Shown: piece by piece, positions 53,697 through 63,961 of the stretch
How positions within the stretch are numbered: the first letter of the stretch is position 1
How the letters are laid out: each line of letters starts with the position of its first letter
The notes under the pieces: model-generated
What the model saw: the letters and a program-made list of their open reading frames with translations, nothing else
Database searches by the model: none
What the model was told of the DNA's origin: nothing
Made by a program: the position numbers and the translations under genes
Origin: Botryllus schlosseri
Taxonomy: Eukaryota
Assembly (NCBI GenBank): GCA_051294905.1
Contig: CM119371.1
Span: 37,512,001-37,576,000, forward strand
Direction: 5' to 3'
Length of the DNA stretch: 64,000 nt

Positions 53697-56600
53697 TTAA
53701 ATGCAAATTTCGCATATGTAGCGGCGGTCCTCGGTGCCGCAGGCTTCGAATTGCAGGAGGTCCACGTTGGTGGCATCCACGCGACCGCAAACCGGATCAC
53801 CGGCAGCACTAGTGTCAGATATCGCCGTACCGAAGCCGGGGGTAGTAGCGGCTGTCGCATCGACGCCATCCAACGGAGCGATGAACACGGCAGGGTTGGC
53901 GGTTAGCGGCATTCCAGTAAGTACCGTACCGTCCACTCCAATCCAGAAAGTCGTTCCCTCAGCACCGAGCACTTCGATCAGAGCTCTGCAACATTTCAGG
54001 AACAGGTCTTGGAAATTGCTTCTTATATTGGTAGTTTAGAAAGTCATTGAAAAGCTATTCCTAAATTCTAGTCTAAGTCAAAATTTAAATGTTTCCAATT
54101 TCTAATGCAAGTTCTACATTCAGTCAAGTAGAAAAATTATTGCAGTCGATTTTGCTTGTACTGGAGGTAGTTCCAACATGTGTTGGAAATTGATTTCCTA
54201 ATTTTAATCTGAATTATAGTTCCACATCCTAATCTAAATGTCTACCTCACAAAATTTCAATTTCATTTCATTCATTCAAAATTTACCGATAGTCAAGTAG
54301 ATGCTCACGGAGTCGATTTCATTCTACTTTGAGTAGCTTTGGAATGTCTGTGAAATGTATTTCTAAATTCTAATCTAAATGTAAATCTGAAAAATAATAA
54401 TTTTCAATCCAAATTCTACCGATAGTCAAGTAGATGTTTACGGATTCGATTTTCTTCTATACTTAAAGTAGTTCTGAGATGTCTCTGACATTGCTACCTG
54501 CACTTGTAACTGAGCAGAAATTTACGGCGGTTTTTGTGCTTGTACTCGAACTAGCTTTGGCATGTCTTCGAAAGTGCTTCTCACTATAATTGAGCAGAAA
54601 ATCATGGGGTCAATTCTGCTTCTAATTGAAGTCGTTTTGACATGTCTTAAAAATCTCTACTTGTAGCTCTAATGGAGAAGAACTCTACGGCGGTATTTCC
54701 ACTTCTAGTTTTATGTCAAATCTGACCAACAATAAACGCCGACCCACCGCTAAAAGTGTGCAACCACATTTACTCTTAAAAACTACTTGCTTGGGTTCTC
54801 TCCAGACCTCCATATTTTACCTCCACTTGAAGTGGTTGGAACATGTTTTTGAAATTACTCCCTCCAATTGTTATATACGTCCAAGCAGTTCTGTGAGAAC
54901 CACTCAAGGGGAAATTGCAAGGAAATAAATCTTACTCTCTCTCGGCAGTAGGCGCATTGAAGCCAATGACTGCGAGTCCGGCATTTTCAGTTTCTTCGCA
55001 TTTGGCCTTGGCCTCGTTCCAGTTCAGAGTATCCGTGGACAATTTGTAGTAGCAATTGTCATCGCCCACTTGAGTATAGCCTGCTAACGGGTTCTGAAGA
55101 AATCGGATCGGTGAATTGTCGAAGAAGAGGAGAACGATAAATTTGTCGAAGCAATTGTTTACCGGTTTCGATTCGGCAGTGTTTCGACACAACCTCAACG
55201 AAAATATTTGTACCCACTACCAAACTAATTAGTTAATGTTCAACTAACTACTGGTTTTTCGAGTAGCTCTTCTTCTCCTTGCACATTAAAAATAGTCGCA
55301 CGACAACAATTAGAAAACCCGCTTCGACGTGAATCACGATACCGGTTCAGTTGCGTAATGTTCTTGAAGCCATTGCCATTGCTCAGCCTCACAGTTATCA
55401 ATTCTAACAGTCACATGGCCATGGCGGGTCAAAATCCAATCCATGTTAAACACGATACCCCGTCCGTTTGAAATGCAGATACTATCTCTAATACTTCTTG
55501 GCTGATTTTTAATTTAGTAATTCGTATTATCAGGTATTAGGTAGCTGTGTTTAGTTAGTTAGTAGTGGATTTTTGAAGGTCGTTAGTTCTAGTTCTTGTG
55601 GCGAGTTTTGAAAAGTTCGCAGTTGTAGTTACTCATTTTGAAAATCCATTAGTTTATACAACTGCACACGACCGAATTTTAATTCACCGGAAGGAAGTTT
55701 TTATGAATCGTGCTCCTTTTCGAACATGCATTGTCCGTTAACAGTAGTGACTTGCAACTTTTAATTTAATTTCGTGACTCATCAGCGGTGATGCAACAAC
55801 AATCTTCCTCATCTTGCCAAAAAATGACATATATTACGCGCCAGTTTTTCTTCTTCCACATTAGTGAATTACTAAATTCCCAAAGCCTTGGTATAACACT
55901 TATAGTCAGACCGGTATGAGATGTTTGAGCCAAACTGATAATTAACAACTTGAAGAACAACAACCTCGATATATTAAAATAAAACAGGGATCTAGCTTGA
56001 GGCACGTTTGTAAAAGCATTTATTTGAAAGGTTTGGCATCCTTTGTGATGTTTAGGCATGAACTGAACCAGAATGTTCTGTCCGGTCAATATAATAATAT
56101 TCTCATGGTAAATTTGGTCTTATATACAACATAGAACTTTCGTGGCGTATCGCAACATTGACAGTTTTATTGCTCTACCCAAAGAAGTTTGAGAGTTCAC
56201 AATGACTTTCACGATCAGTCTGTAAGTGTTAATGTGTCCATAAAAGGTCCCTGCCCGGCCCGGTAAATCAAAGAGTCGATTGACGATGTATGAAGATAAT
56301 CTTACTGCAGTTGTTGTTCCTGGTGCCAGTGTTGTCGTTGCTGCTGTTGTGGTAGTGGTCCTTGTCATCGACACTTAAACAAAGACATCAGAAATCGCTC
56401 CGATGTAAAAATATGAAATAGCTCGTATTCGTGCGATTAAATGAAAGGAACATTAAACTAATTAAACTAGGGCCCGACCGATTAAAGGTGCGCCGATAAT
56501 ATCGAGTCGATGTCTCACTTTGACAGAAAAGTGACTTGAGGTAAAAAATAAAGATCGCCAAATTTTCGTGACGTCACACCATGGTAATATAATATGTAAC

Positions 56601-57675
56601 TGCTTCTCCGAGATTATTGATATATTTCATATACCTTTCAGGCTGAGATGGTCAAATTATTCACCATTGATATTCCAGTACCAATTGAAGTAACAGCGCA
56701 AATTTCTATTCAAGTACGAGTAGTTTTAGACATTTTAAGTAGCAAAGAATAAGTATTATAGCCCTAGTAAACTGATGCCAATTAAGTAGAAGTAGACGAA
56801 AACATAGCAACTTGTGTAAGTAGCTAACAATAAGTAGGCTACATCCGACTACTTGATTTGGAGTACTTTCTCACTGACCCCTAACAGGTGTCCCGATACA
56901 GTCTATGTTGTGCATTTCATGCCAAAGCATAGCAATGTCTGCAAAACTGTTAAAATAGATGCTCTGAGGTTCTGGAGATTGTGATTAGGCCGGATGCTAT
57001 TGTTGAATTATCGTCCTAATATATTGGGGTTATCGGCAAAGTTGCCAATTATAGGTTTTTATCGGTATCGGCACAAAAATCCGACATCAATCGGGCTGGC
57101 TCTACATTAAACGTGCCTAAATATGCATTCCCACTCACTCAATAGGACGATAAGAAGAAGAGGATTGTCTAAGAGGCCGCCTTGTTTAGGTTCGGGGGCA
57201 GGTCCATAATAAACGGGTGAATGCTGTACGATGGGTTGTTGGTAGATTGGCTGAGGTTGAACCATAGGTGAATGATAGATGGGCTGCTGATGTTGGACAA
57301 TGGGTACATGTTGGCTGGGCTGTTGGTGTGGGACCATGGGTACATGTTGGCTATGCGGTGGAACCATGCGTTCATTCCCGTATTCATGTTGACTTTCATA
57401 CATCATCTGGAAAAGGTAAAAGGATTGGAGTTGTAAGCTTGCAAGTATAGCCTATGTGGCTTCGTTTATAAAACCAGAAAAAATAGCGAACGCAAATCAT
57501 CGCGTCCGAATATAGTGAATTGACTCACGTGCTTTGCAACAGATTCACTACTGTCGATTTCTGTTAAAATCGGAATGAGATACGAGTGTTTCATGGAATA
57601 TATTGCAGAATACTAACCTTCAGAAGCATAGACGACGTAGACGTAAATCACGAGGCATAAAATTGGAATCCTCAT
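53697..57675 (-). CDS. Secreted C-type lectin-domain protein with N-terminal Pro/Gln/His-rich repeats and Thr-rich stalk (copy B, intact, 6 exons, about 290 aa)
   Basis: Exons 57675-57618 (MRIPILCLVIYVYVVYASE, signal-peptide-like), 57560-57529, 57406-57139 (PQH repeats, LLDNPLLLIVLL), 56373-56306 (Thr-rich), 55093-54936 (NCYY..W..A...C), 53985-53697 (FWIG..C..C..YICE). All introns are GT-AG with compatible phases (1,0,1,0,2); total 873 nt, open frame. Copy A has the same exon structure. Confidence 0.85.
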
Positions 57676-57795
57676 TTTGAATCTGCACTCTACGGACTAG
57701 AGATTGCAAGAATACAGATATGATCACTTATTGGTCTTGAGCTATTTTAACAGTGATCTACGGACAGAATATAACATGGGATATTTGTACAGATT

Positions 57796-58135
57796 GACCG
57801 AGAAGATAGCGTAATGGTGAAGCGTCCGGCTTCGTGATCGGTAGGTCGTGGGTTCGATTTCCGGCCGGGTCAGACCAAGGACCTGATTAGAAACACTGGT
57901 ATCCATGACTTCCCTGCTTGGCGCTCATGTATTACTAGGATAGCATGGAGGGGTGGGGCATGACTTAGAAAGCCGTAAAGGTTATATCTGCACTTCCTTG
58001 TCCAGCGGCGTATGCGCATCATGCACTCATGATATGCACACATGGTGTGCACAGATCGTGTGTATGTGTATCATGAGTCGGTGCATATGCCGCAAAAAAC
58101 ATTGAGGACAAAAATAATCTACGTCCTTTTCTTTC
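57796..58135 (+). mobile_element. tRNA-derived SINE family 2
   Basis: TAGCGTAATGG...GGTTCGATTTCC then GGGTCAGACCAAGGAC...TGGTATCCATGACTTCCCTGCTTGGCGCTC. The head is also present at 6291-6394 on the minus strand. Confidence 0.75.
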
Positions 58136-58231
58136 CTACGATATTCCCCAGTTGCCACCCGTCAGAAGTTTGAATGGTTGGGCACTGGCTAAGAGTTATT
58201 ACTATACGGTTAAGAAACGTGTCCTCCAGAT

Positions 58232-58854
58232 CAGGGGTGACCATGGTTTGCAGTCTTATTGCTATTCATGGCCGCATTACGATCATATATGCAACCTATA
58301 CGGCCGCATTCCAGAGCATAGCCGTAATGAACTAACTGGACGCCAAATTCCCAGAATAAATTGTCCATGTCCATTTGCTATGAGCTCCAGACTAATCTAC
58401 TTGTTCATATCGGTTTATCATATGCATCGCAATCGCGAGTGGTCGCGTTACGATTAGTTACCGGGATTCCTTATGGTGGCGCCGCCATATTACTATTAAA
58501 TATATATCCTTTCTCAGCCCATGTGATAAGATTCAACCAAATTACTTTCCTAAGGAGCACACGATTCCAAGTTGGTATTTTTATATGGGGTGTATAATTT
58601 TAATCTGCTGTTTGCACCTGTACTGTGGGGCTCAGATGGAAAAGGGTGCTACTACATTAAAATCGAAATATGAGGTCGCATTGAATCACGGAAATCGCCA
58701 AGGAAATATCAAGATTACTAAAAATGTCTCAAAATTCCAGCAGTCCATTCGTATATTCAATTTCCATGTCGACGGCCTTCCACACATACCAACTGAATTA
58801 CACGTCCACGACCGCGCAAAATTTCGTACTACGACCGCGGGTTGCCAACCCCTG
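58232..58854. mobile_element. Charlie-like MITE related to 31295-32053
   Basis: Internal homology (AACTAxCTGGACGCCAAAT, CCTTTCTCAGCCCATG); CAGGGGT...ACCCCTG ends. Confidence 0.7.
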
Positions 58855-58882
58855 CTCTGCAACACTTTCTTCTAAATAGTAT

Positions 58883-59017
58883 TGTAGTGGTAGCTCTATG
58901 GCGCCACTAGGGTGTGACGACATCGCAGGTGCTTCGGTGCTTGGTCGTCACTGAATACATGGCTGCTTGAGAACTCACGTCTCGTATATTAGACAGACCG
59001 TCAGTCACGTTACTACA
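58883..59017 (+). repeat. 5' LTR
   Basis: Reads identical to 63063-63197; TG...CA termini. Confidence 0.95.
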
Positions 59018-59070
59018 TGGTGGCAACAGTATAAAAGCAGCTGATAGCAATTACTTAGCTACTCAGAATT

Positions 59071-62000
59071 ATGGCTAGTGGATATACTGCCTTGCAAGGA
59101 CTGCACCCGAAGCCACTATCACTGGCTGGAACCAACCCGCCTCAAGCGTGGGTTGATTGGAAGGAAGACTTTGAAACGTATCTCTGTGCTGCAGAATTAT
59201 CACAAAAGGATGACTGCGTCAAGGTAGGACACCTCCTGAGTCTTATTGGTCCGGAGGGAAAGTCAATTTACAAGAATCTCACGTGGCTTCCTGCTCGACG
59301 AGAAAATGATCAAGACATTCCTGCTGAGGATAAAAATGACTACAAACTAGTCATTGAGAAATTTGATGCAGTCACAAAAAAACCTCCACTAAAAACAGGA
59401 TCTACTGCTCGACAGAAGGATGGAAAGGATGCCAAGACGTCGCTGATAAAATGCAAATACTGTGGTAAGAAGCACCAGTTTGGTAGATTTTTCTGTCCTG
59501 CTGCCGATTACAATTGCTCGGTGTGTGAGAAAACAGGACATTTCGAAACTGTCTGCCGTGCTTCTGCTCGGACAAATATACGCTCCGTGGAATCCGATAC
59601 TGTTGGTGAAGACGATGTGGACGGACGCTCAAGTCCCATCGCACCAGTCTTTGTGGGATCCGTGATTGCTGCTGTAGATTTGGATAGTGCTCCCAATACC
59701 GATACAGTTAACATGGAGCCTGAAATCCCACACCAGGGGCTGACCATTAGCACGGTGGAACCAGCGGAAGATATTGGCTGGTTTGTCAAGCTCAAGGTTG
59801 CCCTTGACCTGCTTACATGGTGCGTTGATACTGGCGCACAAGTATCAGTCATGCCCTTGCACATATACAAGCGTCAATATGGATCCATCAGACCCTCCGA
59901 CAAACGTTTGATGACTGCAGGGAATAAGGAACTTTCCACCCTTTGCTATGTCGCTATGACGCTCGGGTTTGAGGATAACTCCGTTGTGGAAAAGGTCTAC
60001 GTTGTCCGGGATACGCCTAAACTACTCTTGGGTATCCCAGGGGCATTCAAAATCGGACTCCTGCAAGATGTGCCGGGTACAGTTAGCATCCGTGCAGTAG
60101 ACTGTGCAGTAACTCCCTCGCTTCGGTCTAAGGAAGAGGTCATGAAAGCTTACCCTGAACTCTTTCAAGGAGTTGGAAAAATGAAAGGACAGTACTATAT
60201 CAAACTGAAGGCGAATGCTAAACCATTTACCCTGAAAGTACCTCGCAGAGTTCCCATTCCTTTGCTTGGTAGTTTGACTGCTGAGCTAAATAAATTGCAA
60301 AAGGCGGACATAATTGAGCCTGTCAACGAGCCAACAGACTGGTGCGCACCGATCGTTGTGGTACCAAAGAAAAACTCTGAAATACGCCTGTGTGTGGATC
60401 TAACGAAACTAAATGATTCTGTTGATAGGGAACTCTACCCTATGCCGACAGTTGAGAGCACCCTGGGGAAGATTGCCGAAGGAACTGTTTACACCAAACT
60501 GGATGCAAATAGTGGATTTTATCAAATAGAACTTGAACCGGAGTGTCGTAAGTTAACTACATTCATCACCCCTGATGGGAGGTTCAGATTCAAGAGGCTT
60601 CCATACGGTATCGCCAGCGCACCCGAAGTCTACCAACGGAAAATGAATCAGGTGCTTGCTGGCATCCCCAATGTGATATGTCACATGGATGACATCATAA
60701 TTGCTAGCTCACCACAGGATTACAATACCACCCTCGGACTTGTACTGGATAGACTCCGAGATGAGGGAATTACATTGAATAAAGACAAATGTGTCTTTTC
60801 AGCGACTAAACTGGAATACCTTGGACATGTTGTTGGTAAAGATGGCATCGGCAAGGATCCTAAAAAGGTTGAGGCGATTGCCAAGTTCTATGCTCCCTCA
60901 GACGTCCCGGAACTGAGAAGGTTTCTGGGAATGACCAATCAACTCATGAAATTCTCACCCAACCTGGCTGAGCTTACAAAGCCTCTGAGGGATCTACTGA
61001 AGAAAAACACTTCGTGGCTCTGGGGTGCTGAACAACAGCTGGCCTTCGACCAGGTTAAGGCAGAGCTGTCCTCGGATGTGACTCTTGCTATGTACAGCCC
61101 GGATAAGGAAACTGTTATCTCTGCCGACTCCAGCAGTTATGGACTTGGAGCTGTGCTGATGCAACGTCAGGTAGACAACTCTCTACGCCCTGTCGCTTAT
61201 GCTAGCAGATCGCTGACTGAGACAGAGAGACGATACGCTCAAATCGAGAAGGAGGCCCTTGCTATAACGTGGTCTATGGAGAGATGGAAGGAACTCCTGA
61301 TCGGCTTGCATCAACTTCGCGTGGAGACTGATCACCAACCATTAGTTCCACTTTTGTCAACAAAGACTCTTGATGAGCTTCCGCTCAGAGTGCAACGATT
61401 TCGAATGCGGCTGATGAAGTTCAACTTCACCATATCTCATGTTCCGGGGAAACTGCTATATACCGCTGACGCATTGTCTCGTTGTCCGTTGCCAACTTTC
61501 GAGGACGTTGATGGCCTTCATAATGAGACAGAAGCCTATGTCAATGCCGTCACATCCAGCCTTCCTGCGTCTTGTAAACGGTTGGATGAAATTCGCTCAG
61601 AGCTCCAGAAAGATGACGTATTGCGCACAGTGATGCAATATGTATCCTCAGGGTGGCTGAAATGCAAAGAGACGCTGCATGGCCCACTTAGGCCATATTG
61701 GAATGATAGAGCCTGTTTATCTACTTATGAAGGACTCCTGCTTAAAGGGAATCGCTTGGTGATCCCCTGTACGCTGAGACAAGACGTTTTAAGATACCTT
61801 CATGATGCTCACCAAGGGGTGACAAAATCCCGACTCAATGCATCACAGTCATGCTGGTGTCCTGGAATTTCTAAGGACATTGAAGAAACCGTCAGAAATT
61901 GCGAAAAGTGCACGGAGCATCAGCGAGAAAAGGTTGAACCGATGCTGTCAGCATCCTTCCCAGAGAGACCCTGGTCCCGTGTTGGTGCCGACTTCTTTCA

Positions 62001-62877
62001 ATATCAAAATTCCATGTACCTGCTAGCCGTTGACTACTACTCCAGGGACATTGAGATTTGCATAGTCTCCAAAACAGTTAACGCAGCAGAGACGATTCTG
62101 AAATTCAAGAAGATTTTCAGTAGGCATGGCATCTGCGAGACTTTGGTCACCGATGGAGCACCTATGTTCTCTTCCCGCGACTTTGCGTCATTTTGCGAAA
62201 GCTGGAAAATTGAACATATCATGTCCTCACCTAGATATCCACAGGGGAACTCGGAGGCTGAGCGTGCCGTTCAGACCATCAAAAACCTCCTGCGAAAATG
62301 TGACGATGAATATCTGGCGCTACTCACATACCGCAACACGCCATTGGCTATCAGCTACTCGCCAGCAGAATTGAGCATGGGCCGCAAACTAAGAACAAGA
62401 GTACCGTGTCATCCAGACGATCTTCTGCCCAAGTCTGTCGACCGAACCGCCGTGAAGAAAGCTGAAGCAGATTACCGACGCAGAGTTACTCGTGATTACA
62501 ACAAAAGACACAGAGTAGTACCTGGAGATGAGTTCAAGGTGGGAGATCGCGTCTGGATTCCGGACTGCAAATCGCAAGGTGTTGTGGAAAAACTTGACAC
62601 TGACACTCAACCCAGATCGTTGGTTATCAGAACTGGGCGTGGCACCTTCAGAAGAAATCGCCGAATGGTGCGGAGATACCAGACGGAGAATGCCCCGCAA
62701 GAAGGCGTCGACATTACCGCCAGTGAGGAAGCTGATTTCTTCAAATTTCCCGATCAGGGAGGAGATAGCAGTTCGAGCGCTACTAGTGTCGATCGTGATG
62801 ACCATCATGTGGCGGCGATAGTCCGACGGTCGGATCGGAACAGAACCGCACCTCGCAGATACATCGAGGAGTACTGA
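59071..62877 (+). CDS. Gag-Pol polyprotein (Gag N-terminus, double Zn knuckle, protease, RT, RNase H, integrase)
   Basis: 1268-aa ORF with CKYCGKKH...CPA...CSVCEKTGHFETVC, VDTGA, RT LDANSGFYQI and HMDD, RNase H ADSSSYGLGAVL...EKEAL, integrase HHCC and D,D,E. Order PR-RT-RH-IN indicates Gypsy. Confidence 0.95.
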   Translation: MASGYTALQGLHPKPLSLAGTNPPQAWVDWKEDFETYLCAAELSQKDDCVKVGHLLSLIGPEGKSIYKNLTWLPARRENDQDIPAEDKNDYKLVIEKFDAVTKKPPLKTGSTARQKDGKDAKTSLIKCKYCGKKHQFGRFFCPAADYNCSVCEKTGHFETVCRASARTNIRSVESDTVGEDDVDGRSSPIAPVFVGSVIAAVDLDSAPNTDTVNMEPEIPHQGLTISTVEPAEDIGWFVKLKVALDLLTWCVDTGAQVSVMPLHIYKRQYGSIRPSDKRLMTAGNKELSTLCYVAMTLGFEDNSVVEKVYVVRDTPKLLLGIPGAFKIGLLQDVPGTVSIRAVDCAVTPSLRSKEEVMKAYPELFQGVGKMKGQYYIKLKANAKPFTLKVPRRVPIPLLGSLTAELNKLQKADIIEPVNEPTDWCAPIVVVPKKNSEIRLCVDLTKLNDSVDRELYPMPTVESTLGKIAEGTVYTKLDANSGFYQIELEPECRKLTTFITPDGRFRFKRLPYGIASAPEVYQRKMNQVLAGIPNVICHMDDIIIASSPQDYNTTLGLVLDRLRDEGITLNKDKCVFSATKLEYLGHVVGKDGIGKDPKKVEAIAKFYAPSDVPELRRFLGMTNQLMKFSPNLAELTKPLRDLLKKNTSWLWGAEQQLAFDQVKAELSSDVTLAMYSPDKETVISADSSSYGLGAVLMQRQVDNSLRPVAYASRSLTETERRYAQIEKEALAITWSMERWKELLIGLHQLRVETDHQPLVPLLSTKTLDELPLRVQRFRMRLMKFNFTISHVPGKLLYTADALSRCPLPTFEDVDGLHNETEAYVNAVTSSLPASCKRLDEIRSELQKDDVLRTVMQYVSSGWLKCKETLHGPLRPYWNDRACLSTYEGLLLKGNRLVIPCTLRQDVLRYLHDAHQGVTKSRLNASQSCWCPGISKDIEETVRNCEKCTEHQREKVEPMLSASFPERPWSRVGADFFQYQNSMYLLAVDYYSRDIEICIVSKTVNAAETILKFKKIFSRHGICETLVTDGAPMFSSRDFASFCESWKIEHIMSSPRYPQGNSEAERAVQTIKNLLRKCDDEYLALLTYRNTPLAISYSPAELSMGRKLRTRVPCHPDDLLPKSVDRTAVKKAEADYRRRVTRDYNKRHRVVPGDEFKVGDRVWIPDCKSQGVVEKLDTDTQPRSLVIRTGRGTFRRNRRMVRRYQTENAPQEGVDITASEEADFFKFPDQGGDSSSSATSVDRDDHHVAAIVRRSDRNRTAPRRYIEEY

Positions 62878-63062
62878 TGTAGTTATAGGAGTAGTGTGTG
62901 TAAATATGTTGTGTTCTTCATTCACCTCTTGCCTGCCAATTGCTTCGTACCTTTGTACCGCTAACTGCCTCAATTCGGATTGTTTATTGTCTTCATTCTG
63001 TGCTTGCGTTGTATATGTTTGTGCTGCTTATAAGCATTTGTGCTTGTCCCCGAGAAGGGAGA

Positions 63063-63197
63063 TGTAGTGGTAGCTCTATGGCGCCACTAGGGTGTGACGA
63101 CATCGCAGGTGCTTCGGTGCTTGGTCGTCACTGAATACATGGCTGCTTGAGAACTCACGTCTCGTATATTAGACAGACCGTCAGTCACGTTACTACA
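63063..63197 (+). repeat. 3' LTR
   Basis: Reads identical to 58883-59017; preceded by a polypurine tract. Confidence 0.95.
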
Positions 63198-63540
63198 AGT
63201 ATGTCGTGGGAGGCTTATTGATAGTACCCTCCGACAAATCGCTCTTGGAAAATGCTACCCATGGTAGCCGTATAATAATATAATTCGTCACTAATAAGGC
63301 ACACTGCGGACCAGGCACAGTGATTAGAGCACTTGAATCGAAATAAAATAAAAAATTCAATGATTCGAATCGAGCATTGATAGACGACGTTACGAGAACT
63401 GAAATTATACGCCCTTTCAACCAAAACTCGTGCAACCAAGGAGAATTTTAGTTTTGATGCATTTCTGTCAACAAGGAAGCCTTGAGACGACAACTGGTCG
63501 TATAACAGAGCCAAAGAAATGCAGCATAGTGCCATTGCAC

Positions 63541-63961
63541 CAGAGATGAGCGGATTTAAAATTTCTATGTCCTAATCCAATCCAAATCCAAACCTTCAAA
63601 TCCAAATCCTAATCTATAACTTTTTCATATTCAAGTTCATGTCCTATCCTAATCCGATTCCAACTTGAAATTCAGAAAAAATACTAATTTATGCAATGGA
63701 GGGATTCGAAAATTTTCTTTCACAACCAACGATACACTTGATTCAAGATAACTTAGTAACCATAAGTACATTAATAACTGATCTGAATAAAGTTTGTCGC
63801 CTTTCGCCACACGACATATCAATCTCCCGGAAAATAGGTAAATCCAATCCAAATCCTAATCCGTTCAGAAAAAAATGTCTAATCAAAATCCAATCAAAAT
63901 CCGACAAAATTTCATAAATTCTGTTTTTTCAAAACCTAATCCTAATCCATGCTCATCTCTG
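63541..63961. mobile_element. hAT-like MITE with AATCC repeats
   Basis: TIR CAGAGATGAGC; TSD CATTGCAC on both sides. Confidence 0.9.

Larger units (their letters stand above)
58883..63197 (+). mobile_element. Ty3/Gypsy LTR retrotransposon, Mag-like clade, full length and very recent
   Basis: LTRs 58883-59017 and 63063-63197 read identical (135 bp, TGTAGT...ACTACA). TSD AGTAT at 58878-58882 and 63198-63202. PBS TGGTGGCAACAG follows the 5' LTR directly; PPT GAGAAGGGAGA precedes the 3' LTR. Single gag-pol ORF. Confidence 0.97.
48495..63530 (+). repeat. Segmental duplication unit B
   Basis: For example 48497-48850 vs 19757-20690, 52070-53650 vs 24945-26830, 63328-63530 vs 37461-37669. Confidence 0.8.

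Noticed and set aside
53466..54039. Plus-strand ORFs over exon 6 (also 26912-27157)
   Set aside because: Antisense shadows of the GC-rich lectin exon.
57139..57406. True homology to amelogenin/SCPP genes
   Set aside because: The similarity is low-complexity composition only, and the intron phases (1,0,1) differ from the phase-0 SCPP pattern.
62389..62973. 194-aa antisense ORF in the retrotransposon as env or accessory gene
   Set aside because: Shadow of the pol frame; no recognisable motifs.
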